Source: Candidatus Xenobia bacterium
GTDB taxonomy: Bacteria; Vulcanimicrobiota; Xenobia; Xenobiales; QWHO01
Assembly (NCBI GenBank): GCA_045863235.1
Contig: BTUM01000002.1
Location: 189,941-253,940, forward strand
Length of the DNA: 64,000 nucleotides
Reading direction: 5' to 3'
A program made the position numbers and the translations under genes. Shown here piece by piece: positions 33,464 to 43,016 of the stretch (position 1 is its first letter; every line of letters starts with the position of its first letter). A model generated the notes under the pieces. The model did no database searches, had not been told where the DNA came from, and saw nothing but the letters and a program-made list of their open reading frames with translations.

Positions 33464-34405
33464 CTACTTGACCGGCCGCTTGAGCGGCCCGACGGGATTG
33501 CCGGCCGAGTTCACCTCGGTCCAGCCCTTGCCGGGATCGAATTTGGTGATCTCGCGGACCAGGCTCTCGGTCTCCGGTCCCAGATCTCTTTGATAGATCT
33601 TGCCGTTGTGGTTCATGATGAAGGTCGTGATACCGGAGTTCCCATAGGCCATGGGCCAGGCGATGAACGCGTAGCCACCGATCAGGTTGCCATTGATGAG
33701 GTAGTCATACTTCCCCCCGGCGGCGTTCTCGCTCTGACCGTTGAGGAGCTTGCAGTGATAGCCGAACCAGCCCGAATTGGCCATCTTCCCGGCCAGGTAG
33801 TCCTTGAACTCTTCGGCGGTCGACTGCAATGGGCTGGGAAGCTCTTCGCTGACCCAGTAGAGGCCGTCGCGCGTCCCTTCGGTGGCCCGAATGCGCTGAG
33901 CGAACTCGAGCACCTGGTCGCCGTCATAGTCCACCGCGGCATAATCTTCCTGGGCCTGGGCCAGGCGCGAGAGCATCTTCAGGGCCTGCAGCTCATCCAG
34001 GCCGATGCGCCGGGCCAGAATCTCCTCTTTGCCTGCAGCCGTATCCCAGCGCCAGTAAGTGCCGTCGTGCACCAGAGGAATGGGGAAGGGCCAGACCTCC
34101 TCGCCCACCAGCCAGATGACCTGACCGTTCTTGCCTTCTTCAAAGTTCGACCGATCGGTGGCCGCCAGAGCGATGGTCTTGAGACGCTCGCGCTCAGCCT
34201 GCGGGTCGATGTCATTAAAAAGGTCCTGAGCTTCCGGACCGAGGATCTCCAGCATCCTGGCACGATCATCGGACATGAAGGCCGCGATCATCGCCTCGGC
34301 TGCCTGCTTCGGGGACCCGAAGGTTTTCTGCTCCTGAGCCGGAGTCAGCCCCGTGAGACCGCACACCAGCGCCAGGGCAACAAAAAGAACACGCATTGTC
34401 TTCAT
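33464..34405 (-). CDS. DUF2950 family exported protein (second copy)
   Basis: FGSPKQAA, WPFPIPLV, RRIGLDEL, RDGLYW and AWPMAYGNSGITTF motifs. Confidence 0.88.
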   Translation of the reverse strand: MKTMRVLFVALALVCGLTGLTPAQEQKTFGSPKQAAEAMIAAFMSDDRARMLEILGPEAQDLFNDIDPQAERERLKTIALAATDRSNFEEGKNGQVIWLVGEEVWPFPIPLVHDGTYWRWDTAAGKEEILARRIGLDELQALKMLSRLAQAQEDYAAVDYDGDQVLEFAQRIRATEGTRDGLYWVSEELPSPLQSTAEEFKDYLAGKMANSGWFGYHCKLLNGQSENAAGGKYDYLINGNLIGGYAFIAWPMAYGNSGITTFIMNHNGKIYQRDLGPETESLVREITKFDPGKGWTEVNSAGNPVGPLKRPVK

Positions 34406-35502
34406 CTGCGACCTCCTCCGCCACGCATTCCCCCACCCCCGCGCATGCCGCCACCCGAGCGCATGCTGGGACTGGAGCTCATGCTGCTTTGTCCGCGCGC
34501 GCTGGCCTGGCGTGCGTCGACGCCTCGTGAGTAGTTCAGGCCGCTGGAATACCCCCCGGTCAGACCGGACTGGGGAGCCGGCGGCCGGGTGGCCGGGCGA
34601 TAGGCGTTGGCGGCGCCGGCCGGTCGAGGTTGGGCCGTAGCAGGGCGATAGGCATTGGCGGCGCCAGCCGGTCGAGGTTGCGCCGTTGCCGGCCGGTAGG
34701 CATTGGCAGCGCCGGCCGGACGCACGGTGTTGACCCGAGCCGCATTGTAGTTGTTGACGTTAACGCGGTTCACGTTGACATTGTTGACCCTGCCGGGGTA
34801 GGCAGCCGCACGTCCCGCGTAGGGAGCCGGCCGGGGAGCCCAGGCCGCCGCTCCGGGCGGATAGCTCCCGTATCGGTAGCCGCGATAAGCGCCAGGAGCA
34901 CCGTAATAGATGCCCTGGTGCCAGTCGCAGGCGCCGCTCCAGTAAGCGTTCCGCACCGCCACCGCGGTGCCGTACGTCAGCAGAGCGCCGGTGGCGTACA
35001 TCGCCGAGGTATCGTAGCTCGGGACGTAGACCTGATCCTCGGAAGGGGACTGGATCACGATCACGTCCCCTTCCTGGCTGACCTGCATCTGGTCGGAGGA
35101 CTGCAGGTTACCGGCCGCCTGGACCTTGCTCCGGACCTGCTGGACGGCCCGCAGCACATCGTCCTCCTGGTTGGCCACGGCGTAGCCGATGGCGTCGGTC
35201 CACTGGGTGTTGTCCACCATCATGGCCAGCACGTCGGGGAACTCCATCAAGGCCTGGACCGAGGGGGCCATGTCCGAGCCGGGTGATCCTCCGGACTGAC
35301 TCAACTCGAGCGCGGTGCGCAACTGGGTGGGCTCGGTCGAGCCTGTCAGAACGTGCGTCAAAAGGGCATCCGGGTAGAGCGCGACAGGCTCGACGAGTTG
35401 CTCGAGCTCTGCGTCGCTGTAATGGTCAGCGGTCACCTGTGCCTTCAGGGGACCGCTCAGGAACAGGGCCAGCACGATCGCTGCCCAACATCTGAGGAAC
35501 AT
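34402..35502 (-). CDS. DUF3300 family exported protein (second copy)
   Basis: ELEQLVEPVALYPDALL and VYVPSYD motifs; RGGG tail; start revised to the ATG at 35502 with GGAGG RBS. Confidence 0.88.
   Translation of the reverse strand: MFLRCWAAIVLALFLSGPLKAQVTADHYSDAELEQLVEPVALYPDALLTHVLTGSTEPTQLRTALELSQSGGSPGSDMAPSVQALMEFPDVLAMMVDNTQWTDAIGYAVANQEDDVLRAVQQVRSKVQAAGNLQSSDQMQVSQEGDVIVIQSPSEDQVYVPSYDTSAMYATGALLTYGTAVAVRNAYWSGACDWHQGIYYGAPGAYRGYRYGSYPPGAAAWAPRPAPYAGRAAAYPGRVNNVNVNRVNVNNYNAARVNTVRPAGAANAYRPATAQPRPAGAANAYRPATAQPRPAGAANAYRPATRPPAPQSGLTGGYSSGLNYSRGVDARQASARGQSSMSSSPSMRSGGGMRGGGGMRGGGGRR
34590..34722 (-). repeat. 48-bp coding tandem repeat (RPAGAANAYRPATAQP, about 3 copies)
   Basis: Identical peptide units encoded with synonymous DNA differences. 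Confidence 0.85.
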
Positions 35503-35552
35503 CCTACCTCCTGGTGCCAGGAACCCACTTCTCTGGCTGACTGAATATGCCC

Positions 35553-35594
35553 ACGGTAGCGGGCACCGCGGGGTCCGGCTATGATCTGAATCAG
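35553..35594 (-). promoter_or_regulatory. FNR/CRP-family class II promoter of the DUF3300 operon
   Basis: Box ATGAT-CTGA-ATCAG at 35581-35594, 22 bp from -10-like TACCGT at 35553-35558 (minus strand). Confidence 0.62.
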
Positions 35595-35652
35595 GGGAAC
35601 GGTCCCGTGGTTCTCCCCGCCCAGAGGAACCCCTCTCGCACACGGAGCCAGA

Positions 35653-35694
35653 ATGATCTAGATCATCGACCAGTGCCCACAATTGACGCACCAT
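35653..35694 (+). promoter_or_regulatory. FNR/CRP-family class II promoter of the Pro-rich protein gene
   Basis: Perfect palindrome ATGATCTAGATCAT at 35653-35666, 22 bp from -10-like CACCAT at 35689-35694; ATG at 35704. Confidence 0.55.
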
Positions 35695-35703
35695 GACCTT
35701 GCT

Positions 35704-36666
35704 ATGAAAAGAATGATTGCGCTTCTTCTGCTGGCTCTCTCACTGGCGACGCTGGCCCTGGTTCCAGAGCAGGGCCAGACCGTCGGCAGCCTGAGTCAAA
35801 GCCCGCGCAGCCCCTACTGGGTGGCTCGGGTGATCTCCAACAGTCTGGCTCCAGGCGATCGAGTCTCGATCCGACGCAACGGCAGAGAGCTCTGCCAGGC
35901 CCGGGTGATCGAGGTCAGCGGCGAGCAGGCCATGCTCACGACCGGCCTTTCCTCCGCCCAGCCGGCTCGGGGGGATCAGGTCGTGTGGCTCGGGCACGGG
36001 GCGGTCGTGACCGATCCCTCCCATCCTCCGCTCCCAACCGCCGTGACGCCCCCTGCCCGGCGGGCCCCGGCGGCCTCCACGATGGCCACCAAATACGGAG
36101 ACCAGGGCAAACAGGTGGGTCAGCCCCAATCCTTCAGCCCGCCCACCTTCCAGCCCCCCACCGCGCCGACCACCACATTCAACCCCCCTGGGCCCCCGTC
36201 GACCACGTTCCAGGGTCCTGCCTTCCAGCCCCCTACATCCTCCTCGACGACTTTCCAGCCACCCCAGGCCAGCAGCCAGACCTTCACTCCCCCGTCGGCT
36301 CCCGGTGTTGTACCCGGGCCGTTCGGGGTCACCAGCCTGTCCAAGCCGACCCCCCGGCGTGCCAGCACGCTGCCTCAGGACATCGGAATGCTGGATTCGC
36401 GCGGCCAGAAGGTGATCTTCCAGAAGCACAAAGCCAAGACCCGGGTCGTCATCGCCGGCAAGGGTTGGCCTCTGTCGGACACGTCCGGCCTCAAGAGCTC
36501 GGTCCGAGACGCTCAGATCGGCAAGTCCTCCACTCGCAAGCTCGGTGAGGTGACCGTAAAGTCCACCCCGAACCGGCTCCTGATGCGGGCCGGGAACGTG
36601 GAAGCGGCCTTCGAAGGAGACCAGAAACTGTCCAAGCTCGAGCGAGTGCTCTCAAACTGGCGCTGA
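35704..36666 (+). CDS. Secreted hypothetical protein with a Pro/Thr-rich FQPP-repeat linker
   Basis: Signal peptide MKRMIALLLLALSLATLA; repeated (T/S)F(Q/N/T)PP units between two small domains. Confidence 0.65.
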   Translation: MKRMIALLLLALSLATLALVPEQGQTVGSLSQSPRSPYWVARVISNSLAPGDRVSIRRNGRELCQARVIEVSGEQAMLTTGLSSAQPARGDQVVWLGHGAVVTDPSHPPLPTAVTPPARRAPAASTMATKYGDQGKQVGQPQSFSPPTFQPPTAPTTTFNPPGPPSTTFQGPAFQPPTSSSTTFQPPQASSQTFTPPSAPGVVPGPFGVTSLSKPTPRRASTLPQDIGMLDSRGQKVIFQKHKAKTRVVIAGKGWPLSDTSGLKSSVRDAQIGKSSTRKLGEVTVKSTPNRLLMRAGNVEAAFEGDQKLSKLERVLSNWR

Positions 36667-37956
36667 GCCAGTCTTCTGCTCGACCTGCAGGGCCGGGGCG
36701 GCCGAGCCGCCCAGGCCCTGCAAATCTTTCGAGCTGGCCTGCTCTCGGTCCTCATCGTCTGGAAAGCTACGAGCCACCGAACGGTCGAGCAGCTCCAGCT
36801 GCTCCCGCAGGGCCGGCTGTCGCCCCGGCGGCATCACTTTGAGAAGGTGCTCGAGCAGCGCTCGCATCCGCCTTGCGATCTGGATGTTTCCCGCGCCGAA
36901 CTGACGAATCTCGGCCAACCCGAGCCAGACGAAGTCTTCCCAGTCAGGGGTGCGAAAGACCAACCGCAACCGGCCTTGACTGTCAGAAACGCAGCCGGTA
37001 TCGAGCCGGCGAAGCCCCGTGAGGCGAAGCAACAGATGGACCTGATCCAGGGCCAGCACCCCGGTCGTCGGATCGTTGATCGCCCGCGACAGAGCCCGGC
37101 AGGCCACGTCCACGATGATGCGAAAGGCAAAGGCGGGATCTTGCTCCATGGTGCGCTCGTCCCCCAGGGCCAGGCAGCGTCTCAAGACGTCGGGGGAGAG
37201 GCGAGTCGAGCCATAAATCCGGAACAGACCGTCCCCGTGCACCACGAAATCACCAACCTGCGGCATCAGCTCGATGATTGCGTTTTCCTGGCTGGCCAGG
37301 GTGAGCAGCCCCTCCTGGTCAAAGGCCAGCAAGACGCTCGAGCGCCCGATGTGCTCCACCACCAGGGCCGTGCTCGGGTCAGGAAGAGACTGCGAGACCG
37401 CCCGTGGGCCTTCATCGAGCATCAACGGGTAGACGCTTTTGATCACTTCGGCCCCTTTGCCCGCGATCAGCGTGAGAATGGAGATGGGACGAAGAGACCT
37501 GGCCAGTCGATCCACCATGTAGAGGAAGACGATAATGGAGCCAAGGCTGCTCCAGATGCAAACCTGCAGCTCGATGAGCGGGGTCTGCGTGCCGATGCGC
37601 GAGAGCACCGCCAGGCTGAAGGTAAAGTTGAACACGAAGATGCCCAGACATGTCCGAATTCCAGGCTCTTTGAGGGCCAGGGCGATGATGCGGGGGGACA
37701 ACTGGGCGCTGGCCAGTTGCACCGCTACCAGCAGAGCAGACGACACGAACACGATGAACGTCAAGAGAGACGAGGACAGGGCTCCGATCACAGCGCGAGC
37801 AGCGTCGGGCTCCGTGGCTGCGTTCCAGCCCATGGCACGACCGACCAGGTACAGGACCCGATGGGAGGCCAGCGCCAGGATGAGCCCGAGCGTGGAGCTG
37901 ACCCACATGGAGTTGGACAAGAAATGCCGGTAGCGATAGCGCTGGAGCCAGGTCAT
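36652..37956 (-). CDS. DUF2254 family membrane protein
   Basis: VAVQLASAQLSPR, ERTMEQDPAFAFRIIVDVACRALSRAINDPTT motifs. Confidence 0.88.
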   Translation of the reverse strand: MTWLQRYRYRHFLSNSMWVSSTLGLILALASHRVLYLVGRAMGWNAATEPDAARAVIGALSSSLLTFIVFVSSALLVAVQLASAQLSPRIIALALKEPGIRTCLGIFVFNFTFSLAVLSRIGTQTPLIELQVCIWSSLGSIIVFLYMVDRLARSLRPISILTLIAGKGAEVIKSVYPLMLDEGPRAVSQSLPDPSTALVVEHIGRSSVLLAFDQEGLLTLASQENAIIELMPQVGDFVVHGDGLFRIYGSTRLSPDVLRRCLALGDERTMEQDPAFAFRIIVDVACRALSRAINDPTTGVLALDQVHLLLRLTGLRRLDTGCVSDSQGRLRLVFRTPDWEDFVWLGLAEIRQFGAGNIQIARRMRALLEHLLKVMPPGRQPALREQLELLDRSVARSFPDDEDREQASSKDLQGLGGSAAPALQVEQKTGSAPV

Positions 37957-37987
37957 GCGAGCAGCCCTGGCATTCGCAGGCCGAAGG

Positions 37988-40900
37988 TCAGGAACCTGTC
38001 GCCAGGGGCTGGATCAACTCCAGGGCCTGATCAAAATCGAACCCGGTGGTCAGGCTATCCAGCCTCTGGTAAACATCGGCTCCCAACGCCGTCTGAAGCA
38101 GCCCGGCATTGGTCCGCACCAGATCGGCCGCCGCGCCGTCGCCGCTGGCGAGCTTCTCGGCCAGCTCCTTGAGCAGCGCAGCCGCCTTCTGCAGGTCGGC
38201 CGCGTTCGAAGCGGGAGAGACAGCCTGAGCGCGCCCGCCCAGGTATTTGAAGAGCAGCCGGTACAGCTCCTCGGGCTCGACCGGCTTGGCCAGGTGGTCA
38301 TTCATGCCGGCCTCCACGCAACGATCGCGATCTTGCTGCATGGCATTGGCCGTCATGGCCACGATGGGCAGGCTCTGGCAGCGTTCGAGCTTGCGGATCT
38401 CCCGGGTGGCCGTCACTCCGTCCATGACCGGCATCTGCATGTCCATCAAGACCAGCTCGTAGGGGCGTTCCTGGACCATCTCGACAGCCCTTTGACCGTT
38501 GTCGGCCACGTCCACCAGCAGGCCACCCTCGGCCAGAAGACCCAGGGCCACCTCCTGATTGAGCTCGTTGTCCTCCACCAGCAGCACGCGCGCTCCGCGA
38601 AGCTGGCTCAACTGAGCCCCGCTTGTTTGGCCCGGGGGCTGCGGCGGGTGGCTCTCGCCAGCCCCTCCGAGCACCCGGCCCACGCTGTCAAACAAGGTCG
38701 AGGCAGTGACCGGCTTGAGCAGGAACTCCTCCAGACCAGCCTGCTCGGCTTCCTGCATGACCTCCTCCCGAGCGTAAGCGGTCACCATGATCAGGTGGGG
38801 CGGCCTCTCCTGGCCCAGAGCCCGGATGGCGTGGGCGGTCTGGATGCCGTCCATGCCCGGCATGCGCCAGTCCAGGAAGACGATCTCGTAGGGATGGCCG
38901 GTCTTTGCCGCCCGAGCCACCTCGTCCACTGCTTCGGCCCCACTGGCGACCTGATCGACCGTCAAATGCATCCCGCTGAGCAGATCGTCGAGCAGTCGGC
39001 GGGCCGCCTCGTTATCGTCCACCACCAGCACCCGCCGGCCCCGCAGCTCCGGAGCCAGCACGCGCTTGCGAGCGACCGCGGCCGATTTGCGCAGCCTGGC
39101 CGTGAACCAGAAGGTGCTGCCCTTGCCGACCTGGCTCTCCACGCCCACCTCGCCCCCCATCAGGTGGGCCAGTTGCTTGGAGATGGCCAGGCCCAGGCCG
39201 GTGCCACCGTACTTGCGGCTGGTGGAGGTGTCCGCCTGTTGGAACGACTGGAAGAGGCGGGCCATCTGCTCGGCGGTCAGACCCACCCCCGTGTCCTGAA
39301 CCGAGGCCTTGATCAGGACGTCGTGATCAGTCTGCTCCAGAGCGCGCACGTCGATCACGATCTCGCCCTTCTCGGTGAACTTGACCGCGTTGTTGGAATA
39401 ATTGATCAAGATCTGGCCGAGCCGCAGCGAGTCTCCCGTCAGCGCGCTGGGCAGGTCGGGGGCGACCCGGAAGACCAGCTCCAGTCCTTTGGCGGCAGCC
39501 TTCTCGGAGACCAGAGTGGAGACGCTGGTCAGCATGTCCTCGAGGTTGAAGTCGGCTTCCTCGATGGTCAATCGGCCCGCTTCGATCTTGGAGAAGTCCA
39601 GAATGTCGTTGATGATTCCCAGCAGGTGCTGGCCCGACTGCTGGATCTTGCTCAGATAGTCTCGCTGGCGCGCATTGAGCTCGGTCTTCAAGGCCAGGTG
39701 TGCCATGCCGATGATGGCGTTCATCGGAGTTCGGATCTCGTGGCTCATGTTGGCCAGGAAGTCCGACTTCATACGGGTCGCGTCCTCGGCCGCCTGCATG
39801 GCCTGGCGCAGCTGCGCGGCAACCTTCTCGCGCTCGCTGACGTCGCGCAGGCTGACGCAGGTGCAGGTGCCCTTGCCTCCCAGGCTGGGCAGGGTACTGA
39901 GGCTGACCTCCAGGGGGAAGACAGAGCCGTCCCTGCGCAGGCCCGAACGCTGCTCGACCACGCCGAAGCTCAGGTCCCCGGAGCTCTCCATCAGCTGGGA
40001 AAGAGAAAGGCCAACCAGCTCGCCGGGCTGGTAGCCGAAAGTCACCTCGCTGCGAGGATTCGACAAAACGATCTTGGAGTGCTCATCCAGCACCAGCATG
40101 CTTTCGGGCGCAGACTCGATGATGCGACGATACCACTCCTCGGTCTGCTTCAGCTCGGCCTGCTGAGCATCGAGCTCGACCGCCTGCTCTTCGAGCTGAG
40201 CAGCCTGGGCCTCCATGCGCCGGGCCTGGGCCTGGGTCTCGGCCAGCAGGTGCTGGGTGTCCAGGCTGCGGGCCAGGTTGCTCAGGTTGAGGGCCAGAAT
40301 GGGCAGCAGGCCTTCAAGCAGAAGCTGCTCACGAGCGGTCAGAGACCGAAAGGCCGCCAGCTCTAAAACGCCCAACGCGGTGTCGGCATGGAAGATGGGC
40401 AGGGCAGTGATCGCGGAAGGCACTGCCTGGCCGAGTCCGGAATTGATCTGCACGTAGTCGGGGGGCGGATGGGTCAGGGTGATGGGCTGACCTTCCAGCA
40501 CGCACTGGCCCACCAGGCCCTCCCCCACGGCAAAGGATTGGCTGAGATTCTTGCGCTCGCGGTAGCCGTAGCTGGCCAGCAGCCTGAGCCGCTTCTCGGC
40601 CTGGTCATAGTGATAGAAGACGGCGTGCCCGACCTCGAGCAAAGGAGCCAGGCCGGACAAGACCGTCTGCGCCATCTCCTGAAAGGTCTCGGCCTCCTGC
40701 ATCCGGGTGGAGAGCGTGCTCAGATGCGACTTGGCCCATCCCTCCCCCTGGAGAGCCCGGGCACTCTCCTGCAAGACGACCACCGAGCGAGCCAGGCTGC
40801 CGATCTCATTGTGGTAGGTTGTTCCCGGCACGACCACCTCGAGGTTGCCCTGCGACAGGTCGAGCACGCTTTTTCGAAGCTCCTCGATGGGGCGGCGCAC

Positions 40901-41557
40901 CGATGTCGCGATGAGAAAGCCTCCACTCGTGGCGACGGCAAAGGCCAGGGCCAGAATCAGCAGATCGGTCTTGCGACCGGATTCGGTCACCTGGCTGACC
41001 CGCTCGGCCGCTTCCTGAGCCGCTTCCTCCCTCAGTGTGGCGATGCGGGCCAGAAGCTCGTAGGTGTTATCGATCCGGGCTTCAAAACGGGGGTCGAAGA
41101 TCTCCTCAATCGCAGCTCGCTGATCGTCGCCAGGCTTGCCAAGTCGGGAGATCACCTCCTGAATTGCCTTCAGGTAGTCTTCAAGAACGGCTTCAAACTC
41201 GATGACGAGCAGTCCGATCTTGCTGCTGCGGTCCAGGTCGGCCGAGCCCTCCTCGAACTCCCGGCGCAGCCCCACCCGAAATTGCTCGATTCTGGCCAGG
41301 CTCGCCTGGCGGGCATCCTGAGTGGGAGCCAGAATCGCGTGCCGAAGGGACCGGCCGATGTTAACCAGGTTGATATTGGCCTGTTTGAGGTGGGAGATCC
41401 CTCTCAGCTCCTGGCGATAGATGCGCTCGGCCTCACGATGGATGATTCGTTGGGACTGCATCGCCCGAAAGCCGATCAACAAGATCAGGGCCAGCAAGAA
41501 ACCGAAGCCCACCAGCAGCTTGGTGTCCAGTTTCAGCGAATCGAGGCGTCGGGTCAT
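37988..41557 (-). CDS. Hybrid sensor kinase: 4HB_MCP-HAMP-GAF-coiled coil-PAS-HisKA-HATPase-2xREC
   Basis: Start revised to the ATG at 41557 (ATGA overlap with cheBR); [18 protein letters not shown]; two receivers. Confidence 0.9.
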   Translation of the reverse strand: MTRRLDSLKLDTKLLVGFGFLLALILLIGFRAMQSQRIIHREAERIYRQELRGISHLKQANINLVNIGRSLRHAILAPTQDARQASLARIEQFRVGLRREFEEGSADLDRSSKIGLLVIEFEAVLEDYLKAIQEVISRLGKPGDDQRAAIEEIFDPRFEARIDNTYELLARIATLREEAAQEAAERVSQVTESGRKTDLLILALAFAVATSGGFLIATSVRRPIEELRKSVLDLSQGNLEVVVPGTTYHNEIGSLARSVVVLQESARALQGEGWAKSHLSTLSTRMQEAETFQEMAQTVLSGLAPLLEVGHAVFYHYDQAEKRLRLLASYGYRERKNLSQSFAVGEGLVGQCVLEGQPITLTHPPPDYVQINSGLGQAVPSAITALPIFHADTALGVLELAAFRSLTAREQLLLEGLLPILALNLSNLARSLDTQHLLAETQAQARRMEAQAAQLEEQAVELDAQQAELKQTEEWYRRIIESAPESMLVLDEHSKIVLSNPRSEVTFGYQPGELVGLSLSQLMESSGDLSFGVVEQRSGLRRDGSVFPLEVSLSTLPSLGGKGTCTCVSLRDVSEREKVAAQLRQAMQAAEDATRMKSDFLANMSHEIRTPMNAIIGMAHLALKTELNARQRDYLSKIQQSGQHLLGIINDILDFSKIEAGRLTIEEADFNLEDMLTSVSTLVSEKAAAKGLELVFRVAPDLPSALTGDSLRLGQILINYSNNAVKFTEKGEIVIDVRALEQTDHDVLIKASVQDTGVGLTAEQMARLFQSFQQADTSTSRKYGGTGLGLAISKQLAHLMGGEVGVESQVGKGSTFWFTARLRKSAAVARKRVLAPELRGRRVLVVDDNEAARRLLDDLLSGMHLTVDQVASGAEAVDEVARAAKTGHPYEIVFLDWRMPGMDGIQTAHAIRALGQERPPHLIMVTAYAREEVMQEAEQAGLEEFLLKPVTASTLFDSVGRVLGGAGESHPPQPPGQTSGAQLSQLRGARVLLVEDNELNQEVALGLLAEGGLLVDVADNGQRAVEMVQERPYELVLMDMQMPVMDGVTATREIRKLERCQSLPIVAMTANAMQQDRDRCVEAGMNDHLAKPVEPEELYRLLFKYLGGRAQAVSPASNAADLQKAAALLKELAEKLASGDGAAADLVRTNAGLLQTALGADVYQRLDSLTTGFDFDQALELIQPLATGS

Positions 41558-43008
41558 GAAGACCTCCGTTGATAGATCTTGTGGGCAGCATCCAGGGGCC
41601 GGAAGAGCGCCCCGGCAGCAACCGTCACCGTCTCCGACAGACCCAGGAAGAGAAGGCCCTCGCGGCGCAATGCGCCGTGGAACCGGGTAAGGAGCTGTTG
41701 CTGCAGCTCGCTCTTGAGGTAGATCAGAAGATTGCGGCAACTGATCAGCTCGAGATCCTGTGGGGCCTGCTCGTGGACCACGTCGTGGCGACGAAACTGA
41801 CAAAGCGCTTTGACTGCTGGCAAGACCTGGAAGTTGCTCCCATGTCTGGTGAAGCAACTGTCCCTGAGCTCGGGCTCGGTCTCCTCCAGGGAGCTCGCCG
41901 GATAGACAGCCTCCCGGGCCTGTTCCAGCGCCTCAGCGTTGAGATCGGTGCCCAGAATCTGAAACCTCTGGCACCTGTCTCCCAGGAGTCGCCAGGCCAG
42001 AATGGCCAGCGTGTAGCACTCCTCACCGGTCGCGCATCCGGGCACCCAGACCTGGAAGGGTTGCTCGGCCGGCCGCTCGGCCAGGCGCTGACCCAGCAGC
42101 TTCTCCAGAGCTGCGAAGCAATCCCGGTCGCGAAAGAAGGAGGAACGGGAGATCAGGAACTGGCCTGCGATCACCTCCGCTTCCCTCGAGTCCCGGTCCA
42201 GACAATGAAGATAAGCCTGCAGGGAGCTCTGCTTCAGGGCTGCGAGTCGAGTGTTGAGGCGACGCAGGAGCGTCTCTTCTTTGTAGCCGGTAAAGTCCAG
42301 ACCCGTCTTCTGGCGGATGCGCTGCAGAATCCGGTCAAGCTGATCGGTTGGCTCTGGCGGGGTGTCACTCAGGGCCTTGAGGGGGCCGAAGCCAGCCAGT
42401 CGCTCGGCCATCTGCCGGGGAGAAAGAACTTCATCCACCACCCCGGCCTCCAGGGCAGCCCGGGGCATTGCCGGGAAGCGCGCAGTGCCGGGCTCCTGAG
42501 CGATGGTCAGACCGCCAGCCTCGCGAATGGCGCGGCATCCAGCCACTCCGTCCGAGCCCGTTCCTGATACGATCATGCCGATGGCTCGAGGGCCGTAAGC
42601 TCGAGCCATGGATTCGAACAGCCGGCTCACCGAAGGGCGAGAAAGGCTCTCGGGTGCAGGAGCTACCCCGTGCAGCCGTCCAGCTTGAACCACAAAGTCG
42701 CCCCCGGCGGGAAGAAGGTAAATCCGGTCAGCTTGCAGTGCATCGCCGGTGGAAGCCAGCACCACCGGCAGTCGCGCCCCGCGCTCCAACAATCGTCCGA
42801 GCAGCTCGGCCTGCTCGGGAGCGCCCATGTGCTGGGCGATCACGTAGGCCACCTGTCCCGTGGGAGGCAGATAGGCCAGGAGCTCCCTGAGGGCTTCCAG
42901 GCCTCCGGCCGAAGCGCCGATGCCGGCCACGTAGAGCGGTCGCGTGCTGGCGCAGGCGTGGCCGACAGGCTGCGCCAGATCTCCATCGGGACTTCCTTTC
43001 CTCGGCAT
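41554..43008 (-). CDS. CheB methylesterase-CheR methyltransferase fusion
   Basis: CheB triad motifs GASAGG, AQHM, GTGSDG; CheR motifs SFFRD, WVPGCATGEE, GTDLN, ISCRNLLIY. Confidence 0.9.
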   Translation of the reverse strand: MPRKGSPDGDLAQPVGHACASTRPLYVAGIGASAGGLEALRELLAYLPPTGQVAYVIAQHMGAPEQAELLGRLLERGARLPVVLASTGDALQADRIYLLPAGGDFVVQAGRLHGVAPAPESLSRPSVSRLFESMARAYGPRAIGMIVSGTGSDGVAGCRAIREAGGLTIAQEPGTARFPAMPRAALEAGVVDEVLSPRQMAERLAGFGPLKALSDTPPEPTDQLDRILQRIRQKTGLDFTGYKEETLLRRLNTRLAALKQSSLQAYLHCLDRDSREAEVIAGQFLISRSSFFRDRDCFAALEKLLGQRLAERPAEQPFQVWVPGCATGEECYTLAILAWRLLGDRCQRFQILGTDLNAEALEQAREAVYPASSLEETEPELRDSCFTRHGSNFQVLPAVKALCQFRRHDVVHEQAPQDLELISCRNLLIYLKSELQQQLLTRFHGALRREGLLFLGLSETVTVAAGALFRPLDAAHKIYQRRSS

Positions 43009-43016
43009 GCTCGACC

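Noticed and set aside
32457..34722. Tandem repeats as a possible CRISPR array
   Set aside because: They are in-frame coding repeats without unique spacers, and there are no cas genes in the window
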